Positions 7,196 to 16,207 of a stretch of 39,082 bases of DNA are shown piece by piece (positions within the stretch are counted from its first letter, which is position 1; every line of letters begins with the position of its first letter). A program made the translations under genes and the position numbers. Location: contig JBDRQW010000110.1 in the NCBI GenBank assembly GCA_043826085.1, positions 1 to 39,082 on the forward strand, given 5' to 3'. The notes beneath the pieces were generated by a model. It was not told the DNA's origin and searched no databases. It worked only from the letters and a program-made list of their open reading frames with translations. Source of the stretch: Candidatus Beckwithbacteria bacterium. Its GTDB lineage: Bacteria > Patescibacteriota > Microgenomatia > UBA1400 > CG1-02-47-37.

Positions 7196-8692
7196 ATGAA
7201 AAAGATAAGTTATTATTATTTGGTTTTGTTAGTAACTTTTTTAGTTTTAACGGCGAGATTGGTAATGTTACAAGTATTTGAAGGTGAGTACTATAGAAAA
7301 CTAGCGGTTGAGAATCGGGTTAGTTTGGAAGTAATTAAAGCTAATCGGGGGGTGATGTACGATCGATTTGGGGAAGTTTTGGTAAGGAATTCTCCCGGAG
7401 GTCGAGAGTATGTTTTTGGTGAGACTTTAAGTCATGTCTTGGGTTATGTGGGTGAGGTTAATGAAGAGGAAATTGAAATTTCAGGTTATGAATTAAAAGA
7501 TGTAGTGGGTAAAATGGGTTTGGAGAAACAGTATGATTTAGAATTGCGGGGAGTCAATGGAGGAGTCTTGATTGAGAAAAATGCCGATGGCCAAAAGATT
7601 CGAGAGATTGGCAGAAAAGAACCAATGGATGGAGAGAGTTTAACTTTAAGTATTGATTTTGGTTTGCAAAAAAAGGCCTATGAGTTGATGGATAGTCGGA
7701 AGGGAGCGGTGATCGCCAGTGTGCCGGAAACCGGAGAAATATTGGCTTTGGTGAGTAGTCCGGGATTTAATTTTGAAAAAATAGAAGAGGCTTTGAGTAA
7801 TAAAGACCTACCTTTGTTTAATAGAGCAATTGGAGGCGAGTATCCTCCCGGATCGGTTTTTAAGATTGTAGTAGCTACTGCCGGGCTTGAAGAAAATAAG
7901 ATAGATGCTGAGACTGAAATTGAAGATACCGGGGAAATCAGAGTGGGTCTGTTTCGGTTTGGAAACTGGTACTTTGATCAGTATGGTAAAAAAGAGGGAA
8001 TGATTGGTTTGGTTCGAGCCATTGCCAGGAGTAATGATGTCTTTTTTTATAAATTGGGAGAGGCTTTGGGAATTGAGAAGTTAGCTGACTGGGCCAAGTA
8101 TTTTGGTTTAGGCAGGGTAACTAAAATTGATTTACCCGGTGAAGCTAATGGTTTGATACCCACTCCGGAGTGGAAACAGGAGTTTATTGGTGAGAGCTGG
8201 TATTTGGGGGATACTTATATTTCAAGTATTGGCCAGGGAAATGTTTTGATGACCCCGCTTCAGGTAAATCAAATGACTAGTGTGATTGCTTCAGGTGGCA
8301 AGTTGTGCCAGCCGTATTTAAGGGCGAAGCCCTTACAGGGCCTCGCCCTTCCAAGATGTCAGAAGTTGGATATTAGTGAGGAAAGCCTGGATTTGGTGAC
8401 TGAAGGAATGAAGCAAGTAGCTGAGAGTGGGGGGACAGCTTGGCCGTTTTTTGATTTTAAGGTAAAGGGGGAGCGGGTTTTTGTGGCAGCCAAAACCGGA
8501 ACAGCTGAGTTTGGGGAGGTGGGGGCAAGTGATATTAAAGAAGGCAAAACCCATGCTTGGTTTACTGCATTTGCGCCAATTGAAAAACCAAACATTGTGG
8601 TGACGGTGTTAATGGAGGCAGGGGGTGAGGGGTCTGATCAGGCAGCTCCGGTGGCTAGAGATTTATTAAGTTATTGGTTTTCAAGACAATAA
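7196..8692 (+). CDS. mrdA: Penicillin-binding protein 2 (elongasome transpeptidase)
   Basis: N-terminal TM helix, SxxK (GSVFKIV), SSIGQG and KTGTAE motifs. GLIPTPEWKQEF resembles the conserved PBP2 segment. Confidence 0.9.
   Translation: MKKISYYYLVLLVTFLVLTARLVMLQVFEGEYYRKLAVENRVSLEVIKANRGVMYDRFGEVLVRNSPGGREYVFGETLSHVLGYVGEVNEEEIEISGYELKDVVGKMGLEKQYDLELRGVNGGVLIEKNADGQKIREIGRKEPMDGESLTLSIDFGLQKKAYELMDSRKGAVIASVPETGEILALVSSPGFNFEKIEEALSNKDLPLFNRAIGGEYPPGSVFKIVVATAGLEENKIDAETEIEDTGEIRVGLFRFGNWYFDQYGKKEGMIGLVRAIARSNDVFFYKLGEALGIEKLADWAKYFGLGRVTKIDLPGEANGLIPTPEWKQEFIGESWYLGDTYISSIGQGNVLMTPLQVNQMTSVIASGGKLCQPYLRAKPLQGLALPRCQKLDISEESLDLVTEGMKQVAESGGTAWPFFDFKVKGERVFVAAKTGTAEFGEVGASDIKEGKTHAWFTAFAPIEKPNIVVTVLMEAGGEGSDQAAPVARDLLSYWFSRQ
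8160..8173. repeat. 14-bp palindrome CCACTCCGGAGTGG (core of family F) inside mrdA
   Basis: Identical to the core of the 22-bp intergenic palindrome of the TA array. Here it encodes the conserved PTPEW. Confidence 0.6.
8320..8350. repeat. Family A hairpin AAGGGCGAAGCCC-TTACA-GGGCCTCGCCCTT inside mrdA
   Basis: Reverse complement of the 2005-2035 element with one substitution, translated as RAKPLQGLALP. This is a different frame from the fmt copy. Confidence 0.85.
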
Positions 8693-8711
8693 AAATAAAG
8701 TAAAATAGTAG

Positions 8712-8750
8712 TATATAAATTAAATCACGATCGTGTTGTCGATTATATAT
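8712..8750. repeat. Family E palindromic element (intergenic)
   Basis: TATATAAATTAAATCACGATCGTGTTGTCGATTATATAT lies immediately upstream of, and overlaps, the ATG at 8749. Confidence 0.7.
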
Positions 8751-9531
8751 GAAACAAAGAGAAGTAGTTAAGGAGATATCAGCTGGATTAATAGTAACCG
8801 GGGTTGATTTTGTTTTGTTTACGGCGTCTTTGGGTTTAAATTTGTATACAGCCAGCTTTAAGCCAAAAAATCCAATTGAGGTATTGATTGATAGTTTTAA
8901 ACTAACCGGTTATTTTCAAAATAAATTATTAAAATCCAGTTGTGCTTATGCGAAACAAAAAGGCTATCTAAAAAAAGTTAAACAAGAGTTAAAAATAACT
9001 AAATCGGGCTTAAAGAGACTTGACAGTTTGTTACCAGTTTATCAAAAAAAGCGAAAGTGGAACGGGAGATTAAACCTAATTACTTATGATATTTCTGAAA
9101 AACATAGACATAAAAGAGAAATATTGGCTAAATGGCTAAAGAGCCAAAATGCGATTATGTTGCAAAAAAGTGTTTGGGTATCGGTTTTTGACTTATCTAA
9201 AAATTTAAATAAATATAAGAATCAATTTTTATTAAAAGACCAAGGAGTAATTTTAACCTCTGAGTTAAAAAAGGGAGAAGGGGTTAACGAAAGAACTATT
9301 AGTGAATTAATTGAAGATTGGTATCAATTATCTGCATTAAATTTAAGGTATGATAATTTTATTTCTTGGGTGAAAATGGAAAAAAGATTTGGAATACAAG
9401 ATAAAATGATTTTACAAATGAGATATTTATCGATTTTAAAAGATGATCCTCAATTGCCGTTTGGTATTTTGCCAAAAAATTGGAAAGGAGATCAAGCTTA
9501 TAAATTATATAAGAATAAACTTGACGTATAA
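8749..9531 (+). CDS. PaaX-family-like protein (Cas2-like fold plus PaaX_C-like tail)
   Basis: WNGRLNLITYDISEKHRHKREILAKWLKSQNAIMLQKSVWVS and the C-terminal DDPQLPFGILPKNWKGDQAYKLY resemble the PaaX C-terminal region. The ORF is flanked by family E palindromes. Confidence 0.5.
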   Translation: MKQREVVKEISAGLIVTGVDFVLFTASLGLNLYTASFKPKNPIEVLIDSFKLTGYFQNKLLKSSCAYAKQKGYLKKVKQELKITKSGLKRLDSLLPVYQKKRKWNGRLNLITYDISEKHRHKREILAKWLKSQNAIMLQKSVWVSVFDLSKNLNKYKNQFLLKDQGVILTSELKKGEGVNERTISELIEDWYQLSALNLRYDNFISWVKMEKRFGIQDKMILQMRYLSILKDDPQLPFGILPKNWKGDQAYKLYKNKLDV

Positions 9532-9564
9532 ACTACATCACGATCGTGTGCTAGTTTATATATA
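9527..9564. repeat. Family E palindromic element (intergenic)
   Basis: TATAAACTACATCACGATCGTGTGCTAGTTTATATATA has arms TATAAACTA/TAGTTTATA and overlaps the stop codon at 9529-9531. Confidence 0.75.
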
Positions 9565-9569
9565 GAGAA

Positions 9570-10244
9570 ATGATGATGAGTTTTATTAATCCAAAACAAA
9601 TGAGAGAAATTAATTTAGGGGATTTAAATTATCCAAAGCTTTTGAGTCATATTAGTTCTCCTTCAAAATTTTTGTATGTGATTGGTAATGAAAAAATTTT
9701 AAACCATAAAATGATTACAGTGGTGGGTTCAAGAAAAATGAGCCAATATGGCAGAGAGGTAACTGAGAAGTTGGTTAGAGATTTAGTTGGCAAAGATTTT
9801 GTGATTGTTTCCGGGTTGGCCAGGGGAATAGACGGAGTGGCTCATAGGAGTTGTATTAATAGTGGGGGTAAAACGTTGGCGGTCTTGGGCCATGGTTTTG
9901 ATCGAATTTATCCACCTGAACATCGGGGACTGGCTAAGCAGATTATAATGTCCGGTGGTTGTTTGGTGACGGAGTTTCCATATAATTTTCCTATTAATAA
10001 ACAAAACTTTATTTTAAGAAATAGGATTGTAGCCGGTTTAAGTTTGGGAACATTAGTGGTTGAAGGGGCGAGTAAAAGCGGAACTAAAATTACGGCCGGG
10101 TTTGCGGCTGATTATGGTCGAGAAGTGTTTTGTGTACCGGGGCCGATCGGGAGTGAACTATCCGAGGGTCCGGCTGAGTTGATCCAACAAGGGGCAAAGT
10201 TGGTGACTAAAGTTGAGGATATTTTGGAGGAGTTGAGGTTATAG
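9570..10244 (+). CDS. dprA: DNA-processing protein DprA/Smf (Rossmann core only)
   Basis: VVGSRKMSQYG, SGLARGIDGVAHR and VVEGASKSGT are DprA motifs. Confidence 0.85.
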   Translation: MMMSFINPKQMREINLGDLNYPKLLSHISSPSKFLYVIGNEKILNHKMITVVGSRKMSQYGREVTEKLVRDLVGKDFVIVSGLARGIDGVAHRSCINSGGKTLAVLGHGFDRIYPPEHRGLAKQIIMSGGCLVTEFPYNFPINKQNFILRNRIVAGLSLGTLVVEGASKSGTKITAGFAADYGREVFCVPGPIGSELSEGPAELIQQGAKLVTKVEDILEELRL

Positions 10245-10260
10245 GGTATAATTTAGGCTA

Positions 10261-11286
10261 ATGTCTGGAGAAAAATTTCGGGATAAAAGCATACAATTAA
10301 TAAGATCATCATTTGGTCAGGTTGAAATCCAAAAAGAAACAGAAGATACTTTATTGCCATTATCAGTAATAGCTAAAAATTGGATTGATGATAGAGAAAC
10401 TATGGGTTCGATTAGAAGAAGTGTTAGTGAAGGAAAAGTAGACTTAGATGTTTTTAGCGGGGTTAGTTTGTTAGTAGATGATTTTCGAAGAGTTTATAGT
10501 TTATATGTTCAAGGAGCCGTTGAGGAGTCTTTAGAGTTAAAAAAAGCAAAATCAAATAAAGAAAAAGCAGAAGAAATCGGAGATGTAATGTTTTATTTAT
10601 TACATTTTTTTAATGCTGCTGATTTAGATGTTGGTCAAGTAATCAGTTTATCTCAAGATTCATCCATGTGGGGTGAAAAAGAAGGAATTGGATTAAGGGT
10701 CTTATTATTACGCAGTATAAGTAAAACAAATTTAGTAGTTAATACTGTTAAACAATTCCGTGATGAAGTTAGATTTAGAAATATTGAGGCGATTCCACAT
10801 CCAATGGCTTTTGGAGATCAAAGAATTGATGCTCCTTGGTTAGACTATCGAAACACTGAACATTGGATGAAGTTCAAGAATAGGATAAGTAAGTTTTGGT
10901 TAGTGGCTTTTGAGGCAGTCTTAGTCTATGGTAAAGAGAATAAAATAGATATGCTTGAAACGGTCAAAAATACTGCTGAAAAAGCTACACAGCATTTTCC
11001 AAAGGAGTTCTTTTCAAAAAAATATAGTTTATTTAGCAGTTTACCTGAAGGTGAAAAATATGATATTGATTGTTGTCGATTGTTTAGAAATAGATTTACT
11101 TTAAATGGATTAAGCTATATAGATATGTTTCATAGCTTAATTCAAGAGTTTGGTGGAGAGTTGCCTGTTCAGGTTTATAGAAGTTATATTTTGTTGTGCT
11201 TATCAATACTGTCAGATAATGATGATTGGACAGCTAGAGGTTTATTAAACGTTATAGATAAAATTGGTTCTGATAGATTTAATTGA
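10261..11286 (+). CDS. Hypothetical protein with divergent MazG-like (all-alpha NTP pyrophosphohydrolase) segment(s)
   Basis: KAEEIGDVMFYLLHFFNAADLDV resembles the MazG EExxD helix, and a second weaker segment is FWLVAFEAVLVYGKENKIDMLETVKNTAEK. A TATAAT at 10247-10252 precedes the ATG at 10261. Confidence 0.45.
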   Translation: MSGEKFRDKSIQLIRSSFGQVEIQKETEDTLLPLSVIAKNWIDDRETMGSIRRSVSEGKVDLDVFSGVSLLVDDFRRVYSLYVQGAVEESLELKKAKSNKEKAEEIGDVMFYLLHFFNAADLDVGQVISLSQDSSMWGEKEGIGLRVLLLRSISKTNLVVNTVKQFRDEVRFRNIEAIPHPMAFGDQRIDAPWLDYRNTEHWMKFKNRISKFWLVAFEAVLVYGKENKIDMLETVKNTAEKATQHFPKEFFSKKYSLFSSLPEGEKYDIDCCRLFRNRFTLNGLSYIDMFHSLIQEFGGELPVQVYRSYILLCLSILSDNDDWTARGLLNVIDKIGSDRFN

Positions 11287-11333
11287 GTGTTAAACCTTGT
11301 GCTTAGTTTGACATCTGTGGTAGTTTAGAGCTT

Positions 11334-13286
11334 ATGAAGTTAGTCATTGTTGAGTCGCCGACCAAAGCCAAAACGTTAAGTAGGTTTTTGGGTTCGGAAT
11401 ATAAAATTGAGGCGTCGATGGGTCATGTTCGAGATTTACCAAAGAGTAAGTTGGGAGTGGATACCGAGAATAATTTTGAACCGGATTATGAGGTGGTTAA
11501 AGGTAAGAGTAAAATAATAGCTAAACTTCGGAAAGAGGCCAAAGGAGCCGGCGAGATTATTTTAGCCACCGACCAAGATAGAGAAGGCGAAGCGATTGCT
11601 TTTCATGTTCAATACTTACTTGGTGATAAGTTTAAGTATTCAAGAATTGTGTTTCATGAAATTACCAAAGAAGCGATCTTGGGAGCTTTAGAAAAAAAAG
11701 GACAAGTAGATGTTAAATTACTTGAAGCCCAACAAGCCAGGAGAGTTTTGGATAGATTGGTGGGCTATAAGTTATCACCGGTTTTGTGGCGAAAAGTAAG
11801 AAGGGGTTTGTCTGCGGGTAGGGTTCAGAGTGTGGCGGTAAGATTGATAGTGGAAAGAGAAGAGTTAATTAAGGCTTTTAAGGCTCAAGAGTTTTGGGAA
11901 GTGGATGTAGATTTAAAAGCAAAACAAGATTCTTTGTTGGTAAGATTAGAAAAAATAGAAGGTAAAAAAGCGGAAATTGGCGATAAAAAAATTGCTGATT
12001 TAGTGGTTGGTGATTTAACAAAGGCCAGTTATAAAGTTTTAAGTCTAAAGGAAAGAGAGAGCAAGAGGCATCCGGTGCCACCATTTATGACCTCGACTAT
12101 GCAGAGAATGGCAAGTAATCGATTTGGTTATAGTGCTAAAAAAACCATGCGCGAGGCTCAACAGTTGTATGAAAAAGGTTTAATTACCTATCATCGGACC
12201 GATAGTTTAAACTTGGCTACTTCGGCAGTAATGGCGGCGCGAGAATATATAAAGAAAGAGTTTGGGGATAAGTTCTTGCCGGTTAAACCCAATTACTATA
12301 AATCCAGCTCAAAGTCAGCTCAAGGAGCTCATGAGGCGATCAGGCCAACTAAGGCAAGCAAAGTTGAGATTGATAGTAAGAGTAGCTCCAGCAAACTTTA
12401 TCGATTGATTTGGGAAAGATTTATAGCCAGTCAGATGACTCCGGCAATTTTTGATAAGACAATAATTAGAGTTGAGGCTAATAGAGATAAGATTTACGAG
12501 TTAATAGCGAGAGGTGAGAGATTAAAGTTTTTTGGTTGGTTAAAGGTTAACTCCAAATTTAAAGAAATAAATGAAGATTTGGCTATTGTTAATGAGGGGG
12601 ATTCACTTCAATTAATTAAAGTATTGCCAACTCAAAAATTTACTCAACCGCCGGCTCGATATAATGAGGCTTCTTTGATTAAAGTTTTGGAGCAAAAGGG
12701 AATTGGCAGGCCGTCAACTTATGCTCCAATTATTTCGACTATCCAGTTAAGGCAGTATGTAGAAAAAAAAGAAAAACAACTTTTTCCAACTTCAATTGGA
12801 GAAGCGGTGACTAAGTTTTTAGTTGATAATTTTAGTAAAGTTCTTAATTATGAATTTACAGCCAAAATGGAAGATAGTTTAGATGAGGTGGCTAATGGAA
12901 AAATAAAATGGGTGGAGCTATTGGCTGAGTTTTATAAACCTTTTGAGATCAAAGTCGAGAAAGTAATTGAGAAAGCAAAGAGAGTTAAAATAGAAGTGGA
13001 AAAAACCGGAGATAAATGTCCTGAGTGTATTAAGAAGGGCCTGCCTGCCGGTAGGCAGGGCGAAGTGGTTATTAGAACCGGTCGATTTGGTAAGTTTTTA
13101 AGTTGTGAAAATTTTCCTGAGTGTAAATATACGGCCACTTATAAACAAGTAGTAGAGGGGGTTAAGTGTGAAGATTGTGGTGGAGAAGTGATAATTAAAA
13201 AATCAAGAAAAGGCAGGCAGTTTTTTGGTTGTGGAAACTATCCTAAGTGCAAATGGGCCAGTTGGAAAAAACCAGTATGCAAATAA
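11334..13286 (+). CDS. topA: DNA topoisomerase I
   Basis: TOPRIM N-terminus (LVIVESPTKAKT, DQDREGEAIA), active-site region ITYHRTDS and C-terminal Cys4 zinc ribbons. Confidence 0.95.
   Translation: MKLVIVESPTKAKTLSRFLGSEYKIEASMGHVRDLPKSKLGVDTENNFEPDYEVVKGKSKIIAKLRKEAKGAGEIILATDQDREGEAIAFHVQYLLGDKFKYSRIVFHEITKEAILGALEKKGQVDVKLLEAQQARRVLDRLVGYKLSPVLWRKVRRGLSAGRVQSVAVRLIVEREELIKAFKAQEFWEVDVDLKAKQDSLLVRLEKIEGKKAEIGDKKIADLVVGDLTKASYKVLSLKERESKRHPVPPFMTSTMQRMASNRFGYSAKKTMREAQQLYEKGLITYHRTDSLNLATSAVMAAREYIKKEFGDKFLPVKPNYYKSSSKSAQGAHEAIRPTKASKVEIDSKSSSSKLYRLIWERFIASQMTPAIFDKTIIRVEANRDKIYELIARGERLKFFGWLKVNSKFKEINEDLAIVNEGDSLQLIKVLPTQKFTQPPARYNEASLIKVLEQKGIGRPSTYAPIISTIQLRQYVEKKEKQLFPTSIGEAVTKFLVDNFSKVLNYEFTAKMEDSLDEVANGKIKWVELLAEFYKPFEIKVEKVIEKAKRVKIEVEKTGDKCPECIKKGLPAGRQGEVVIRTGRFGKFLSCENFPECKYTATYKQVVEGVKCEDCGGEVIIKKSRKGRQFFGCGNYPKCKWASWKKPVCK
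13040..13059. repeat. Family B palindrome CCTGCCT-GCCGGT-AGGCAGG inside the first topA zinc ribbon
   Basis: 7-bp arms, translated as LPAGRQ between CPECIKKG and EVVIRTGRFGKF. It is read in the same frame as the fmt copy (LPACAGR). Confidence 0.75.
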
Positions 13287-15469
13287 ATTGGCAGATAAAA
13301 AAACGCTCGGGAGAGTTTCAGGTATATAATAAAGAAAAAGTAATTCGGTCTATATATAGAGCTCAGGAAAATATTGATAAACAAGATTGGGACCAGGCCA
13401 GAGTGATTGGAAAGCTGGTATTTGATGAGCTGGAAGATAAATTTAAGAAAGAAAAAATCTTGGGTTCAGATGAAGTTGGGGATGTTTTGGAAAGAATTTT
13501 AATTGATAACAAACTTTATGATATTGCTCGAGCTTATATTATTGCCAGAGAAAAGCAAAGAGAGGAAGCTAAAGCAGAAAAGGGTTTGGGTGTAGTGGAC
13601 GATGTTGGCTTGCCTTACACCTCGATAGTGGTTTTAAAGAATAAGTATTTAAAAAAAGATGAAAATGAAAAGGTAATCGAGACACCTAAGGGTTTGTTCA
13701 AAAGGGTAGCTAAAGCTATTGCTAAAGCAGAGAAAACTACCAAAAATAAAAAAGTTTGGGAGAGAAAGTTTTATCAGTCAATGAAGAACTTAGAGTTTTT
13801 ACCGGGAGGAAGAACTTTGGCCAATGCGGGGACGACCAATAATCAACTGGCTAATTGTTTTGTAATGCCGATGCCGGATAGTGTGGAGGGAATTTTTGAG
13901 AGCGTTAAAGAGTCCTCAATATTAAAGAAAAATGGCGGTGGAGTGGGTTTTAGTTTTTCTCATATTCGCCCCAAGGGTGATGAGGTGGCAACCACCAGCG
14001 GTAAAGCGGCCGGGCCGGTAGCTTTTATGAAGATTGTTAACGATGCTAGTGAAATATTGGTCCAAGCCGGAGGTAGAAGAAGTGGCAACATGGTGGTTCT
14101 TCATGTGACTCATCCTGATATTTTTGAGTTTATTACCAGCAAAGAAGATGAAAATCACTTGAATCAAATTAATTTTTCTTTGGGGTTAACTGATAAGTTT
14201 ATGAATGCGGTTAAGAAAGATAAACCGTTTGATTTAATTAATCCTCGAAGTGGTCAAGTAGTTAACACGGTTTCGGCCAGATCAATTTTTGAGTTGTGTG
14301 CTTCTTATGCTTGGAAAAATGGTGATCCGGGGATTATATTTTTGGATAGGATAAATAAAGATAATCCAACTCCCCATGTTGGAGTTTTGGAGGCGGTTAA
14401 TTTGTGTGGAGAGCAACCTTTACTTAATTATGAGGCTTGTAATTTGGGGAGTATTAATCTAGGTAAACACATTAAAAAGAATATAAAAGGAGTAAGGGTA
14501 GTGGATTGGGATAAGCTAGAAAAAACAATTAAGGTGGGGGTGAGAATGCTTGATAATGCGATTGATGTGGGCAAGTATCCGTTAAAAAAAGTAACTAAAA
14601 TAGTTAAGTCAAATAGAAAGATTGGATTGGGCATAATGGGATTTGCGGATTTATTGGTTAGGTTAAATATTGCTTACAATAGCCCGGAAGGATTGAAGTT
14701 AGCCTCTAAGATAATGAAGTTTATTCAAGATATTTCTCATGATACTTCAAAGAAATTGGGTAAGGAAAAGGGAAGTTTTCCAAACTTTGAAGGGAGTCTT
14801 TGGGATAAAAAGGGTTACAAGTATATGCGTAATGCCACTTTGACTACCATAGCTCCGACCGGTTCGATTAGTATGGTGGCTAATGCCAGTTATGGAGTAG
14901 AACCTCATTTTGCTTTGGCTTTTTATAAAGAAGCTTTGGGGGGGATTAGGTTGCCGGAAATTAACGCTGATTTACTGGAAGCTTTGAGAAAAAGTAAGCT
15001 GGATTTGGGAGGAGGTTTGGTAGATAAAATTGCCTGTCAAGGGGTGTTGAAGAATATTAAAGAAGTGCCGGAAGATATTAAAAAAGTTTTTGTGACGGCT
15101 CATGACATTGAGGCAAAAGATCATATTGCTATGCAGTCAGCCTTTCAAAAATATACTGATAATGCGGTTAGTAAAACTATTAACTTGCCAAATCATTCCA
15201 GAGTTGAGGATGTGGTTAAAGTATTTATGTCAGCCTGGGAAGCGGGCTGTAAAGGGATTACCATATATAGAGATTCAAGTAGAAGTGTGCAAGTTTTAAA
15301 TGTGGGCTATGGTAAAAGTGAAAATCCAAAAGTTAAAATTTTAAAACTAAAAGTAAAGTCTAAAGATCAAAAAAAATCTGATAAGTGCCCCCAGTGTGGT
15401 CAAACAATGTTAAAAACCGAGGGGTGTAGTACTTGTCCTTCGTGTGCTTTTAGTTTGTGTAGTGTGTAA
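13277..15469 (+). CDS. nrdJ: Class II (adenosylcobalamin-dependent) ribonucleotide reductase with N-terminal ATP-cone and C-terminal zinc ribbon
   Basis: ATP-cone start (IKKRSGEFQVYNKEKV), NCFV, NLCGEQPL and TIAPTGSIS motifs, and a C-terminal CPQCG...CSTCPSC. I chose the ATG at 13277, which overlaps the topA stop by 10 nt. Confidence 0.9.
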   Translation: MQINWQIKKRSGEFQVYNKEKVIRSIYRAQENIDKQDWDQARVIGKLVFDELEDKFKKEKILGSDEVGDVLERILIDNKLYDIARAYIIAREKQREEAKAEKGLGVVDDVGLPYTSIVVLKNKYLKKDENEKVIETPKGLFKRVAKAIAKAEKTTKNKKVWERKFYQSMKNLEFLPGGRTLANAGTTNNQLANCFVMPMPDSVEGIFESVKESSILKKNGGGVGFSFSHIRPKGDEVATTSGKAAGPVAFMKIVNDASEILVQAGGRRSGNMVVLHVTHPDIFEFITSKEDENHLNQINFSLGLTDKFMNAVKKDKPFDLINPRSGQVVNTVSARSIFELCASYAWKNGDPGIIFLDRINKDNPTPHVGVLEAVNLCGEQPLLNYEACNLGSINLGKHIKKNIKGVRVVDWDKLEKTIKVGVRMLDNAIDVGKYPLKKVTKIVKSNRKIGLGIMGFADLLVRLNIAYNSPEGLKLASKIMKFIQDISHDTSKKLGKEKGSFPNFEGSLWDKKGYKYMRNATLTTIAPTGSISMVANASYGVEPHFALAFYKEALGGIRLPEINADLLEALRKSKLDLGGGLVDKIACQGVLKNIKEVPEDIKKVFVTAHDIEAKDHIAMQSAFQKYTDNAVSKTINLPNHSRVEDVVKVFMSAWEAGCKGITIYRDSSRSVQVLNVGYGKSENPKVKILKLKVKSKDQKKSDKCPQCGQTMLKTEGCSTCPSCAFSLCSV

Positions 15470-15473
15470 GTGG

Positions 15474-16130
15474 TTAGGTGTGATCGATTAAGGTTTTATT
15501 TGAGAGAATATCACTATTTATGCTTTTAATACCATCTAAAGTAAATTGCCAGAAAGAATCGGTTGATTTAAAGTGAGATTTAATATCTTTAGTTTGGCAA
15601 AAGCCTTGTCTTTTATTTAAGTATTCTGGTAGGCTGCTCCAGAGATAATTTTTTAGTTGAGTAGCATTGAGTGGATTGTATTTAAGGTTAGCCGGATTGG
15701 TGTGGATATAACGAGTAAGGTGAATTAATTGTTCTTGAATATCTATGTTAACTTTTTTATATTTTGATTCAAAGAGTCGCCCGCTTCTTGTATATTTTTT
15801 GTTAAAAAAAGTTGTGTAGCTGTTGCCTAATCGTTGAGCAAATTTGGATAATTCTTCTTTTGAATTTGATTTAACTATTATGTGGTAGTGATTACTCATT
15901 AAACAATATGCGTGTATCTCAGCAATGTAGGGGCCATATAGTTTTTCAAGTTGGGTAGATCCTAATGCTTCAAACTGTTCATTTCTTGTTTTTCTTTCCA
16001 TGTCAGAAATTTTTGGGGAGTTTAATAGAAGAGAATTATGAATGGCGAGGAGAAATCTTTGCTTATCGTTAATATCTTGAAATATATTTCGCTTGTCAAC
16101 TCCGCGATTGTAAATGTGATAAAAAGCCAT
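15474..16130 (-). CDS. IS200/IS605-type Y1 (HUH) transposase-like protein, RAYT-like
   Basis: YHIYNRGVDKRNIF, HUH-type motif YCLMSNHYHIIV, TGRLFESKYK-like SGRLFESKYKK, and the tyrosine helix LTRYIHTNP. Confidence 0.7.
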   Translation of the reverse strand: MAFYHIYNRGVDKRNIFQDINDKQRFLLAIHNSLLLNSPKISDMERKTRNEQFEALGSTQLEKLYGPYIAEIHAYCLMSNHYHIIVKSNSKEELSKFAQRLGNSYTTFFNKKYTRSGRLFESKYKKVNIDIQEQLIHLTRYIHTNPANLKYNPLNATQLKNYLWSSLPEYLNKRQGFCQTKDIKSHFKSTDSFWQFTLDGIKSINSDILSNKTLIDHT

Positions 16131-16141
16131 GATTTAGTATA

Positions 16142-16160
16142 ACACACATCAGATGTGTGT
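16142..16160. repeat. Palindrome ACACACATC-A-GATGTGTGT next to the RAYT-like gene start
   Basis: 9-bp perfect arms, 12 nt upstream of the minus-strand ATG at 16130. It is the only copy in the window. Confidence 0.6.
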
Positions 16161-16207
16161 AAATGGCTTGATTTTATGATTGGTTATAAGGTAGTCTATA
16201 GTTATAA

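Noticed and set aside
11334-15469. I looked for inteins or introns in topA and nrdJ, which are frequent hosts.
   Set aside because: Both proteins have ordinary lengths and contiguous conserved motifs. The only extra segment in topA is the 6-residue palindrome-encoded LPAGRQ.
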